A stretch of 34,021 nt of DNA from an uncultured Lentisphaera sp. (GTDB taxonomy: Bacteria > Verrucomicrobiota > Lentisphaeria > Victivallales > GWF2-50-93). The notes under the pieces are model-generated. The model was given only the letters and a program-made list of their open reading frames with translations, was not told the DNA's origin and ran no database searches. Below, in pieces: positions 16,203 through 25,006 of the stretch (within the stretch, counting starts at the first letter, position 1; each line of letters starts with the position of its first letter). The stretch covers positions 1 through 34,021 of the forward strand of contig CAZXAC010000001.1 of the NCBI GenBank assembly GCA_964638335.1. Direction: 5' to 3'. Made by a program: the position numbers and the translations under genes.

Positions 16203-17123
16203 ATGAAGCGTTTTTCTGCTATCCTTGTTCTGTTCCTAATATGTGTTGGTTCTTTCGGGGCTGATCGCCCGACATTGGCGGTGATGCCATTTATAATTGA
16301 TCAGAGCTTGGAAATTCGCTTTGGTGACACGATAATACAGCCAACAGTTGTGGAGACGGCTTTTTCAGACCAGCTTATGCAGAATTTGGTTAAGTCCAGA
16401 AAGTTTGATGTTCTTGAGAGGGCGAATATAAGAAAGATAATGAATGAAAACAATCTTACCGAATCTGATTACGCGAAGCCGGGAGAGGCTGAGAGGATAG
16501 GGAAATTACTTGTCGCTGATTACCTTGTTGTGGGGTACATAGACAGAGTGGAGTATATGGCCGAGCGCAAGGTTATAGAAATTACTGGAGAAAACAGGAT
16601 TGATATAACTGGCGTACTTAAGACGCACTTCAGGGTTGTGGAAACAAAATCGGGCAAGATAGTTTGCGCGCACAGCATCAACGAGAAATTGAAGAGTAAA
16701 GATATTCCTGCAATTGAGAGGAAGGAGCTTTCCTTTGGGGAGTTTCAGGACAGATTTTTTGAATCTGCCGCAGTTAAGGCGTCGAATTATGTTCTGGAAG
16801 GAATTTATCCGGTAAAAGTTGCTTCTGCGACGGGTGATGAGCTTGTGCTTAACAGAGGGGACGGATCCGGTATTGTAAAGGGAGAAAGATTTTATGTGTA
16901 CGAACTGGGAGACACGGTCAAGGATCCGGATACTGGCGAGGTTCTGGGGGCGGCGGAGTCTAAGATTGCGGAAATTGAAATAACAGATGTTCAACAGAAA
17001 TTCTCAAAGGCCAAGATAATTACATCTACTGGCGTAATCGCGGAAGGAAGTATCTGCAGAAGATCTGAGAAGTCCGTAGAAAAGGAAGCCCCAAATTACC
17101 CAAGAGTATCTCCGGGCTGGTGA
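16203..17123 (+). CDS. secreted CsgG/LpoB-like periplasmic protein with an extra C-terminal beta-rich domain
   Basis: Signal peptide MKRFSAILVLFLICVGSFGA. COG1462/CsgG-like pattern: TLAVMPF ... FSDQLMQNLVKSRKFDVLERANIRKIMNENNL ... IGKLLVADYLVVGYI. C-terminal ~110 aa: GDELVLNRGDGSGIVKGERFYVYELG ... AEIEITDV. Confidence 0.55.
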   Translation: MKRFSAILVLFLICVGSFGADRPTLAVMPFIIDQSLEIRFGDTIIQPTVVETAFSDQLMQNLVKSRKFDVLERANIRKIMNENNLTESDYAKPGEAERIGKLLVADYLVVGYIDRVEYMAERKVIEITGENRIDITGVLKTHFRVVETKSGKIVCAHSINEKLKSKDIPAIERKELSFGEFQDRFFESAAVKASNYVLEGIYPVKVASATGDELVLNRGDGSGIVKGERFYVYELGDTVKDPDTGEVLGAAESKIAEIEITDVQQKFSKAKIITSTGVIAEGSICRRSEKSVEKEAPNYPRVSPGW

Positions 17124-17200
17124 GTTTTCGTTCATATTACCGGCGTATTTCTCGCTTTTAGCGGAAAACTGTTTCCACTTTTTTTACAATTTTATCTTTT

Positions 17201-18337
17201 ATGTGTAGTACGAAATCTTTTGATCTCTGTAGTATTTTTAAAAAAAATACGCTGTTTTCCCCGCTGATATTGATTATCTTGATTTTTACGTCTACAACTG
17301 TTTATGGAGATGGAGACATATCTTCGATAAGCGTCGAGGAATTGAATCTGGAAATAAGCATATTGGGTATATATATGCTTATAGCTTTGGGCTTTTCTTT
17401 CATCTGTTCGATTTCTGAATCGACTCTTTTGTGCATAACTCCGTCGTATGTTGAGGGGCAGAAGATAAAACGCCCCAAATACGCTAGTATGCTGAGGAAA
17501 TTGAGATTTGATGAGGTGGACCGTTCCCTTGCCGCTATATTGACTCTAAATACCATAGCAAATACCATTGGAGCGATAATCGCAGGCAACAAGGCCGCAG
17601 AAGTTTTTGGAAGCGCATGGATTGGAGTATTTTCAGGTATCATGACAATTCTGATACTTTTCTTTTCGGAGATAGCGCCAAAGACCATAGGGGCGATATA
17701 CTGGAAAAAACTGGCTTGGTTTGTGGCTGTATATGTTCGGATACTGATATTTTTGCTTTATCCAGTGGTTTGGATTTCCGAGAAGTTCACAAAATTTATT
17801 TCACAGGGCAAAAAAGCTCACTCATTTAACCGAGATGAAATTGTGGCGATGACGAGAATTGGTAAACAGTCCGGGCACGTAAATGAAATTGAATACACCA
17901 TATTGGGGAATCTTTTTAAGCTAGATCTGATGAGGGCCAGAGATATCATGAAGCATCGTACCGCGGTCTATGCGTTCCCCGAGGACATTACGATAGCGGA
18001 AGCCGCGGAGAAAGTGGACGAGAAGTCTTTTTCCAGGATTCCTATATACAGCGGTGGCATAGATCAGATAACGGGCTTTGTTCTAAAAACTGAAGTATTG
18101 TTAAAGAACATAAACCAAAAAGGCTCTGAAAAATTATCATCAATAAAGAGAGAAATATTGATGGTGCCGGATACGATTTCCTTAATCGACATTATGAAAG
18201 AATTGCTCGACGAGGGGCAACATATATTCGTTGCTCTTGATGAACACGGCGGGACAAGCGGTATTGTGACGATGGAGGACATTCTTGAAGTTTTGGCCGA
18301 CATGGATATTCTTGACGAGAAGGACAGCGTGAAATAG
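17201..18337 (+). CDS. CNNM/DUF21 transmembrane domain plus CBS-pair protein (HlyC/CorC-family transporter, lacking the CorC_HlyC C-terminal domain)
   Basis: DUF21-like TM region (FICSISESTLLCITPSY ... LAAILTLNTIANTIGAIIAG ... FFSEIAPKTIG) followed by a CBS pair (ARDIMKHRTAVYAFPED ... FSRIPIYSGGIDQITGFV ... HIFVALDEHGGTSGIVTMEDILE). The protein ends right after the CBS pair. The start could be downstream of 17201. Confidence 0.78.
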   Translation: MCSTKSFDLCSIFKKNTLFSPLILIILIFTSTTVYGDGDISSISVEELNLEISILGIYMLIALGFSFICSISESTLLCITPSYVEGQKIKRPKYASMLRKLRFDEVDRSLAAILTLNTIANTIGAIIAGNKAAEVFGSAWIGVFSGIMTILILFFSEIAPKTIGAIYWKKLAWFVAVYVRILIFLLYPVVWISEKFTKFISQGKKAHSFNRDEIVAMTRIGKQSGHVNEIEYTILGNLFKLDLMRARDIMKHRTAVYAFPEDITIAEAAEKVDEKSFSRIPIYSGGIDQITGFVLKTEVLLKNINQKGSEKLSSIKREILMVPDTISLIDIMKELLDEGQHIFVALDEHGGTSGIVTMEDILEVLADMDILDEKDSVK

Positions 18338-18390
18338 GGACGAGAGGATCTATCAGGAATATCTTTGGTTTGGGACCAATTAGTGAAGAA

Positions 18391-19434
18391 TCATTCCAAT
18401 GTCTTGAAGAATTTCTCGAGAGGGTAAACTTCTTTTATTGCGTCCACATTGCATCCGCTCATATATAATCCGTTTTCAGTATCTCCGCGCCAAGTTGCGA
18501 GCAGGGCTTTGGCTATGCAAAAAGGGACCTTGCCTGGATTGCATGTCCTAAGACACCGGTACGGGCAAGTAAATTTTTCGCGGTTCCCGGATATAACTCT
18601 TTCAACTAAGGGGGTCTTCAAGACTCTCACTGGGAGCCCAACCGGACTTTTAATAACCGTTACGTCTTTGGATGAAGCCTTTACGTAGACTTCCTTGGAT
18701 TTTCGGTCTATACCAGCCTCTTCTGATGCTATGAAATGCGTTCCTACCTGGACTCCATCATATCCGATTGATATCATCCTTTCTATGTCAGCTCTTGAGG
18801 CTACCATTTCCGCGGCTATCACTGGTTTATCCGCGCAATCCATATCTTTTAGCACCTGTTTTACTTCATGGAGGAGCTTATCTATAGAACATGATTGAGG
18901 GTCACTTATTTGTTCCATACTGAAACCGAGATGTCCGCCATTCATAGGACCTTCCACTATTACAGCGTCAGGCTTTCTGGCATATCTTCTTGCCCATGCC
19001 GATAGAAGGACTTGGAGAGCTCTGCCTCCCGATACTACAGGGATTATGGCTACATTTGAAGTTCCGACATACTCTGGCAGGGGAATCGGGAGACCGGCTC
19101 CCGAAATTATAAAATCTGCTCCGCTTCTTACACTTTCTTCAACGAGTTCGCGGTAATTGGAAAGGGCAACCATTATGTTTACGCCGATAGGACCTTTTAC
19201 GCAGAGTTGCCTGGCCTTTGCAATTTCTTCTCTAAGTACGCGATTGGATTCGTTTATAAAGTCTGTTTTTGATTTTTCGATGTCGCCGAGGCCTACGCTT
19301 GCGATGGTGCCATATCCTCCAAGCTTGGCTGTTGTGGCGGCGAGGAGGGCTCCTCCAACTCTTACCCCCATGCCGGCCTGGATCACAGGGAAACGGCTCT
19401 CAAGGTCTCTTATTTTCAAACTTGGCAACTTCAA
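18391..19434 (-). CDS. NAD(P)H-dependent flavin oxidoreductase, nitronate monooxygenase / FabK-like family
   Basis: FPVIQAGMGVRVGGALLAATTAKLGGYGTIA, ISGAGLP, IVEGPMNGGHLG and YDGVQVGTHFIASEE are NMO/FabK TIM-barrel motifs. The ORF-track start is a TTG with a weak SD, so the start is uncertain by a few codons. Confidence 0.75.
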   Translation of the reverse strand: MKLPSLKIRDLESRFPVIQAGMGVRVGGALLAATTAKLGGYGTIASVGLGDIEKSKTDFINESNRVLREEIAKARQLCVKGPIGVNIMVALSNYRELVEESVRSGADFIISGAGLPIPLPEYVGTSNVAIIPVVSGGRALQVLLSAWARRYARKPDAVIVEGPMNGGHLGFSMEQISDPQSCSIDKLLHEVKQVLKDMDCADKPVIAAEMVASRADIERMISIGYDGVQVGTHFIASEEAGIDRKSKEVYVKASSKDVTVIKSPVGLPVRVLKTPLVERVISGNREKFTCPYRCLRTCNPGKVPFCIAKALLATWRGDTENGLYMSGCNVDAIKEVYPLEKFFKTLE

Positions 19435-19488
19435 TTTTCAGATCTCTTTGTGAATGTTCTTAAAGGGGTTAAGATGGCATTGGAGCAG

Positions 19489-19527
19489 ATTTTTGCAAAC
19501 GGAGACTTTCCTAATATTTGCAAAAAT
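19489..19527. promoter_or_regulatory. perfect 11-bp inverted repeat ATTTTTGCAAA-N17-TTTGCAAAAAT between murI and the FabK-like gene
   Basis: Arms at 19489-19499 and 19517-19527. Each arm contains the self-complementary octamer TTTGCAAA. The repeat lies 55-95 nt upstream of the FabK-like start on the minus strand. No U-tract follows on the minus strand, so it is not a canonical terminator. Confidence 0.35.
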
Positions 19528-19555
19528 AAGGCTAAGTAATGGTTTTTGGCGGCTC

Positions 19556-20362
19556 TCATTCGAGACTGATTTTCTCAAATGATTCCAAATCTCCTCCCAA
19601 AAATCTTCTCGCTTGGGCGTAAAAATTCCCGGGCATATCTGTGACGAAGAATCTTTCGGAACCTTTCTGTCCTGAGCCGGCTTCAATTCCGAGTTCTGAT
19701 ATTTTTGAAGTTGCGAATTTCGCGCATGACTCCGCGCTATCTATTATGGACACACTTTGAGGCAGCTGTTTTTTCAGAGTCTTTTTTATTAGAGGATAGT
19801 GGGTGCAGGCAAGAAGAAGAATATCCGGGGGATTTTTACTTATTCCACCCAGGTAAAGCTGGACAGCGGCTTCGGCAATCGGCTCATCCTGAAGTCCCTC
19901 TTCGACTATTGGAACTAGCAGTGGAGCTGCCACGCTTTTCACTATTATTGCAGGATTTAGTGAATGCATGCCTCGCCTGTAGGCATCGCTTGATATTGTG
20001 GCGCGTGTGCCTATAATCATTACCAAATTCGGTTTTCGTTCAACGCAAGAATTAATCCCAGCCTCCAAAACCCCGATTAGTGGGATGTTTGGAAATCTGT
20101 CTTTAAGCGCCTGCATCGCCACGGCGGACACGGTATTACAAGCCGCAATTATGGCTTTTACTCCTCTTTCTATCAGAAATTCCGCGTCCTGAATTGCGAA
20201 TTTCGCGATGTTTTCAGGTGATTTGTCTCCGTAGGGGACTCTTGCGGTATCCCCGAGGTATATTATGTTTTCGTTGGGCAATGATTTCCTAAGAGAGGCT
20301 ACTACGGTCAATCCTCCGAGTCCTGAATCAAATATCCCGATTGGTCTGTTGTCTTTTTTCAT
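19556..20362 (-). CDS. murI: glutamate racemase
   Basis: IGIFDSGLGGLTVVASL ... IIYLGDTARVPYGDKS ... IIAACNTVSA ... LLLACTHYPL are canonical MurI motifs with both catalytic Cys contexts. The start overlaps the upstream gene by 35 nt. Confidence 0.9.
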   Translation of the reverse strand: MKKDNRPIGIFDSGLGGLTVVASLRKSLPNENIIYLGDTARVPYGDKSPENIAKFAIQDAEFLIERGVKAIIAACNTVSAVAMQALKDRFPNIPLIGVLEAGINSCVERKPNLVMIIGTRATISSDAYRRGMHSLNPAIIVKSVAAPLLVPIVEEGLQDEPIAEAAVQLYLGGISKNPPDILLLACTHYPLIKKTLKKQLPQSVSIIDSAESCAKFATSKISELGIEAGSGQKGSERFFVTDMPGNFYAQARRFLGGDLESFEKISLE

Positions 20363-22286
20363 AGTCTTTTATTCTCCGGTTTGTTTCTTCTATTTGTTCT
20401 TTTATGCTTTCCAATATTCCCACTCTTCTTGGATCTAACTTCCTTACGGAATGTTCTTCGTGAAGGCCTTTTTCGACTTTAGCCACGAAACTTTCTATCG
20501 CCTTATCGCTCAAATGTTCAGGTTTCTCCGACCATTTTTTTAAGAATTCTTGTTCTGGGGAATTCTTTCTGTCGATAGTGCTGCGAATAGGTTTTCCGTG
20601 CGTATAGAACTGGTATCCTTTTAATGCGAGAATAATATTTTCGTAATCAAAATCAGCATTGCTTGGCTTTCTAAGTCTTATGAATTTGAATTCCATAACT
20701 TCCGAAGCTTCGCTTTCGTTCTCATCTATTTTCCGAAAATGGTGCTTTCTGTCTGAAAAATTGAGGCTCTGTCTGCCGTTAGTATCCAATTCGTTGTTGA
20801 AAATTCTTTTTTCACGAAGGATTCCGTTCTTGTCCTCCGAAATGTCTCCGCCCAACATGAGAAGGCATGCTAGATCTTCAGGCTGGTGGTTTTTATCGGT
20901 TATGTTGCTATGGTTTTCGCTTCTAAGTTCCATTGATATGTGCAGGCTGTGAGGAGGGATTTCATTTAAGAATTTTACCGCCTCATTTATCAATCTTGAA
21001 AGTGCCCATGGACAGTCAAATATAGGTCTGGAAAGGTCTCCGACGATTTGGTAGCGTCCAAAGGCATATTCGAAAAAACCTCTCTGTCGTTCCTGTCCTG
21101 GAAGTATTTGATGGTGAGAATCCACGTGGGCGCCATACCTCCAAGTCCGTCTATACAGATCGAAGTCCTTAAACCAGAAAAATCCATCGAAGAAAGGATC
21201 TTTTCCCGGAGATGAGTTTACTGCGTCGACGCCGAGATGGCTGAATTCAAGTTCTGCCCCGAGCGGAGTAGGAGTGGAGAACCACATCTCATCCGTTTCA
21301 GCTATGATTTTTGACATGTTTTCCTGGAAATATATTCGGTCGGAAACTTTTATTGAGGCTCCGATATAGTCCAAGTAAGATCTGGAAGGATCAAATTTGT
21401 CAAGATTATCCCTGACAATCATGCTTTCCACATTTTTTGAATGTCGGTTGTAATATATGAAAGCCATGAGAACGGCGAGGCCGTGCCTGAAATAATGTTC
21501 TGATAGTCTGACATCGTCTGGGAAATCGGATCTTACATGATCAACGAGCTGATTCATTATCACATGCTTGCATAAGAGCCTGATATAGTTGTCCGCGTAG
21601 GGAAGTATGTTTTTGTCGTCGGCTATTTTGGAAAGATCCGGGGGGACGATTTCCTTAAGCGCCTGCGCCGCTATGTAATTGCATATGTAGTTTCCTTCAA
21701 ATTGGGAGCGTATTATTTCGTCGGCGGCGGATCCTGCAAGTTCGTGGCATATTCGCCTGTCGGAACAGTTTCCGTCCTTGTGCATCTGCAGGAAAAGTTC
21801 GTCTATTTTTTTTTCTAGGAAGAAGCCGTATCTGTCTTCAAATTGGGTGTGTTTCCCGAAGGACTTTTCGAGCATATTTATGTTTCCGACGTATGCCATG
21901 CACCTTTGGCGTGCGTTGGCTGTCCTTGCTACGACGGTCTGTCTTTTGTAGAGTCTGCCTTCGTCCTCAAATTCGTCAAGAGTCTTTATTTCGTCTTTTG
22001 TAATCCCTTTAAGGATTTTTCCATGAGTGACGGCTCCGTGATATTTTACTATGAAGGGGAAGCTCCATTTGGGTTCTAGTCGCATGAAATTGTGCAGTTC
22101 AGCTTGCGTTGATTTTGGAATTCTTTTCAACAACATCTGTAGATTGCTGTCGACCATCAGAATTCCGTACACGAAAAGATCTATCTTTTCGCCTTTTGTA
22201 GCCTTGAAGGCTTGGGATATTATTTCCCTTGGCCGGTTTTGCCGGCTGGCGTTATCGCGCGGCGCTTTTGTTTTTGTAAGAGGCAT
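20328..22286 (-). CDS. 652-aa uncharacterised multidomain protein: N-terminal gamma-glutamylcyclotransferase (AIG2/GGACT)-fold domain plus a ~500-aa region of unknown family
   Basis: Residues ~35-135 (nt 21882-22184) show the AIG2/GGCT pattern: IDLFVYGILM ... HNFMRL ... PFIV ... THGKILKGITKDEIKTLDEFEDEGRLYKRQTVVART..RCMAYVG. I recognise no family for the rest. It is a long uninterrupted ORF with an ATG start, 7 nt after the GNAT stop. Confidence 0.7.
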   Translation of the reverse strand: MPLTKTKAPRDNASRQNRPREIISQAFKATKGEKIDLFVYGILMVDSNLQMLLKRIPKSTQAELHNFMRLEPKWSFPFIVKYHGAVTHGKILKGITKDEIKTLDEFEDEGRLYKRQTVVARTANARQRCMAYVGNINMLEKSFGKHTQFEDRYGFFLEKKIDELFLQMHKDGNCSDRRICHELAGSAADEIIRSQFEGNYICNYIAAQALKEIVPPDLSKIADDKNILPYADNYIRLLCKHVIMNQLVDHVRSDFPDDVRLSEHYFRHGLAVLMAFIYYNRHSKNVESMIVRDNLDKFDPSRSYLDYIGASIKVSDRIYFQENMSKIIAETDEMWFSTPTPLGAELEFSHLGVDAVNSSPGKDPFFDGFFWFKDFDLYRRTWRYGAHVDSHHQILPGQERQRGFFEYAFGRYQIVGDLSRPIFDCPWALSRLINEAVKFLNEIPPHSLHISMELRSENHSNITDKNHQPEDLACLLMLGGDISEDKNGILREKRIFNNELDTNGRQSLNFSDRKHHFRKIDENESEASEVMEFKFIRLRKPSNADFDYENIILALKGYQFYTHGKPIRSTIDRKNSPEQEFLKKWSEKPEHLSDKAIESFVAKVEKGLHEEHSVRKLDPRRVGILESIKEQIEETNRRIKDYEKRQQTNRDI

Positions 22287-22293
22287 GTCACGA

Positions 22294-22782
22294 TCAGAGT
22301 TCGATTAACACCGCAATTTCATCGCAATTATTTTTTTTTCTGCATTTTGCGCAGTCGGACCATATTTTTTCTGGGAACATATCTTTGGAAACAACTCTAA
22401 AACCGAGTCTTTCAAAAAGTTTTGGTCTGTATGTTAGGGCGAAAATTCTTTTGGCCGCATTTTTTTTCAGTGTTCTGAAACAGGCTTTTACCAATTTGCT
22501 TCCAAGACCCTTTCCGTTATGTTCCTGGAGTACCGCGAGAGATCTTATTTCAAAAAGTCCCTTTCCGAAGTCTCTCGATGCGCAGCATCCCAATAGCTTT
22601 CCGGCCAATTCCGCGACTTTGAAAGATGCTATATGTTTTTCTATTTCCTCTCCGCTCCTCGGGAGCAGGAGATTTTTTTTAGCATAATTAAGTAATATTT
22701 TCTCTATTTCTGCAACGTCTTTTTTTTTGGCGGCGCGGATGCTATAGGAGTACTTTATCTTTCCCTTTTTTTTTGGGGTCAT
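22294..22782 (-). CDS. GNAT-family N-acetyltransferase, short ArgA-like (COG1246-type amino-acid N-acetyltransferase)
   Basis: IRAAKKKDVAEIEKIL ... LLPRSGEEIEKHIASFKVAE..GKLLGCCA ... EIRSLAVLQEHNGKGLGSKLV (acetyl-CoA Q/RxxGxG motif) ... FALTYRPKLFERLGF ... C-terminal Cys pattern WSDCAKCRKKNNCDEIA. ATGA overlap with the accA stop. Confidence 0.7.
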   Translation of the reverse strand: MTPKKKGKIKYSYSIRAAKKKDVAEIEKILLNYAKKNLLLPRSGEEIEKHIASFKVAELAGKLLGCCASRDFGKGLFEIRSLAVLQEHNGKGLGSKLVKACFRTLKKNAAKRIFALTYRPKLFERLGFRVVSKDMFPEKIWSDCAKCRKKNNCDEIAVLIEL

Positions 22783-23732
22783 TCGCTGAAGAAACCTATT
22801 TTACGATACTTGGCGTATCTTTTTTCTATGAGCTTGTCTACGGGCATTGATGATAATTCCTTGAGGTTCTTTTTTATGTATTCCTTCAGCAATGCGGCGG
22901 TTGCATCCCAATCACGATGAGCTCCTCCGAGAGGCTCAGGTATGATTTCATCTATGATTCCCAGTTCGGATAAATCTTTCCCAGTAAGCTTTAGAGCTTC
23001 TGCCGCTCTTGCCGAATATGAGCGGTCTTTCCAGAGAATTGCCGCGCAACCCTCAGGGGTTATAACGGAATAATACGAGTTCTCAAAGAGGGCTACCTTG
23101 TCTCCGATTCCTATTCCGAGGGCTCCTCCGCTGCCTCCTTCTCCTATGACCACGACAACAATGGGGACGCTAAGTCCGAACATCTCCCTGAGATTTACCG
23201 CTATGGCTTCTCCGATGTGTCTTTCCTCAGATGCTATTCCGGGGAAAGCCCCTGGAGTATCTATTATGGATATTATAGGTTTCCCGGCTTTTTCTGCCAA
23301 CTTCATTATTCTCAATGCTTTTCTATATCCTTCCGGATGCGGGCATCCGAAATTTCTATGTACATTTTCCTTTATATTTCTTCCTTTTTGAGTTCCGATG
23401 ACGACCACTGGCTCCCCATCTAATTTCGCGAAGCCTCCCACAATTGCGGGATCCTCGGCGTAGCGTCTGTCTCCGTGAAGTTCTATAAAATCAGTGAATA
23501 CTCTCGAGATATAGTCGAGCGTATACGGTCTTTCCGGATGTCTGGCGAGTTGAACTTTCTGCCAAGGGGAAAGAGATTGATATATGGTCTTCTTGGTTTC
23601 GTTCGCTTTTTGCCTGAGTTTTTCCAACTCCTTATCGACATCGAGATTGCTATTTTCTCCCAGCTTCTGTAATTCCTCTAATTTTGCTTCGAGTTCGTAG
23701 ATGGGCTTTTCGAATTCAAGAATTGCAGGCAT
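22779..23732 (-). CDS. accA: acetyl-CoA carboxylase carboxyltransferase subunit alpha
   Basis: LEFEKPIYELEAKLEEL, LSPWQKVQLARHPERPYTLDY, FIELHGDR, GGFAKLDGEPVVVIG, PHPEGYRKALRIMKLAEKAGKPIISIIDTPGAFPG, VVVIGEGGSGGALGIG and SVITPEGCAAILWKD are canonical AccA motifs. Confidence 0.92.
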   Translation of the reverse strand: MPAILEFEKPIYELEAKLEELQKLGENSNLDVDKELEKLRQKANETKKTIYQSLSPWQKVQLARHPERPYTLDYISRVFTDFIELHGDRRYAEDPAIVGGFAKLDGEPVVVIGTQKGRNIKENVHRNFGCPHPEGYRKALRIMKLAEKAGKPIISIIDTPGAFPGIASEERHIGEAIAVNLREMFGLSVPIVVVVIGEGGSGGALGIGIGDKVALFENSYYSVITPEGCAAILWKDRSYSARAAEALKLTGKDLSELGIIDEIIPEPLGGAHRDWDATAALLKEYIKKNLKELSSMPVDKLIEKRYAKYRKIGFFSE

Positions 23733-23733
23733 T

Positions 23734-24783
23734 TTAGTCCTCTATTATTACTTTTGTTCCTTGTGGCACTATTGCAAAAAGTTCATCAATGTCTTCATTT
23801 TTCATTCTTACGCATCCGTTGCTGGTAGCTTGTCCAACGGAATCAGGCTCCCATGTCCCGTGAATTCCGTAGCCTTTCAGATTCTTGCCGGCTGAGCCTA
23901 CTGGTGTGAGAGCCATCCAGCGTGTTCCGAGTATATTGTCTGGGTTGCCGTAGGGGATTGATTTTCCGTCAGCGTACCATACGGGATCTTTTTGTTTCAG
24001 TGTTATTTCAAACTCTCCATCTGGAGTTCTATCCTGTTTGCCTATTCCCACGACATAAGACTTGAACAATCTGTCTCCATCCATCAGGCGGAGTGTCTTT
24101 CTTGTTTTTGAGACCATTATCTTCCAATCACCCTGGTAAATGCAAAGAGTTTTTCCCGGAAATATGGTGTGTTTGCCTGGATCTATTCTGTTTGATGTCT
24201 GTATTGCTTCTACTGTGGTGTTGAATTTGTTGGCTATTTTTATGAGAGAATCTCCCTTGTCTATGGTATAGAGTTTCTTTTCTTCGGAAGGGATGTCGCT
24301 TTTGAAGATTTCGATATTTATCTTGCCGATAATTTCCTCTATCTTCTCTTTGGCGGCGGAATCCTGCTTCTCGGCAGTATATAACTCGTATAGTACTTTT
24401 CTTGCTTCCATGAGATTTCCAGAAGAGATAAGGCTTTCTGCTGCTTGTATGCGAGCTCCCAGATCTCCGGGAATCTTTATGTCTGTTTTTTTTGGGACAT
24501 CAAGTTTTGGAGAATCATCCACTTTCTTCTTTGGTTCTTCTTTTATAGGCTTCTTTGGGGTTTCCTCTATTTCCTTTTCAATTTTCTTTGGGACATTTTC
24601 TTTCTCCTCCTCGATTGAAGAAGAGTCCTTTCCTAGCTGGACAATGAAGTAGATTATGCCGACGGTTGTGGCTCCTACAACTAGTAGTATTATCCAGAAA
24701 AATGGTGTTTTCTTTTCCGCCTTGTATCCAGAGAACGGGGGCGTTTTTTGCCCAGTATATATCATATCATCCTTTTTAGGCAT
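23734..24783 (-). CDS. membrane-anchored LysM plus YkuD-domain L,D-transpeptidase
   Basis: N-terminal TM helix FFWIILLVVGATTVGIIYFIV, then a Lys/Glu/Pro-rich linker. LysM domain: YTIDKGDSLIKIANKFNTTVEAIQTSNRI. YkuD catalytic region: YGIHGTWEPDSVGQATSNGCVRMKNEDIDELF (His ... Cys). Confidence 0.85.
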   Translation of the reverse strand: MPKKDDMIYTGQKTPPFSGYKAEKKTPFFWIILLVVGATTVGIIYFIVQLGKDSSSIEEEKENVPKKIEKEIEETPKKPIKEEPKKKVDDSPKLDVPKKTDIKIPGDLGARIQAAESLISSGNLMEARKVLYELYTAEKQDSAAKEKIEEIIGKINIEIFKSDIPSEEKKLYTIDKGDSLIKIANKFNTTVEAIQTSNRIDPGKHTIFPGKTLCIYQGDWKIMVSKTRKTLRLMDGDRLFKSYVVGIGKQDRTPDGEFEITLKQKDPVWYADGKSIPYGNPDNILGTRWMALTPVGSAGKNLKGYGIHGTWEPDSVGQATSNGCVRMKNEDIDELFAIVPQGTKVIIED

Positions 24784-25006
24784 ATTTTACCAAGACCTTT
24801 CTGCTTTTGTTAAGCGGGTAATATATTCTTGAAACTAAGAATGTCCAAGTTTATATGAGCCTGTGTCCGAAAAGGTATGAGAGGCAATTGTTTGGTGGTC
24901 TTGCGATTTTCGCGGTATTTGATTTTATTTTGATTGAAAAAGATGGGGAATAAAATAAATTCGGTATAACTAACGTTTATAGGTTAAACAGATAGGAGGT
25001 GGCTAG

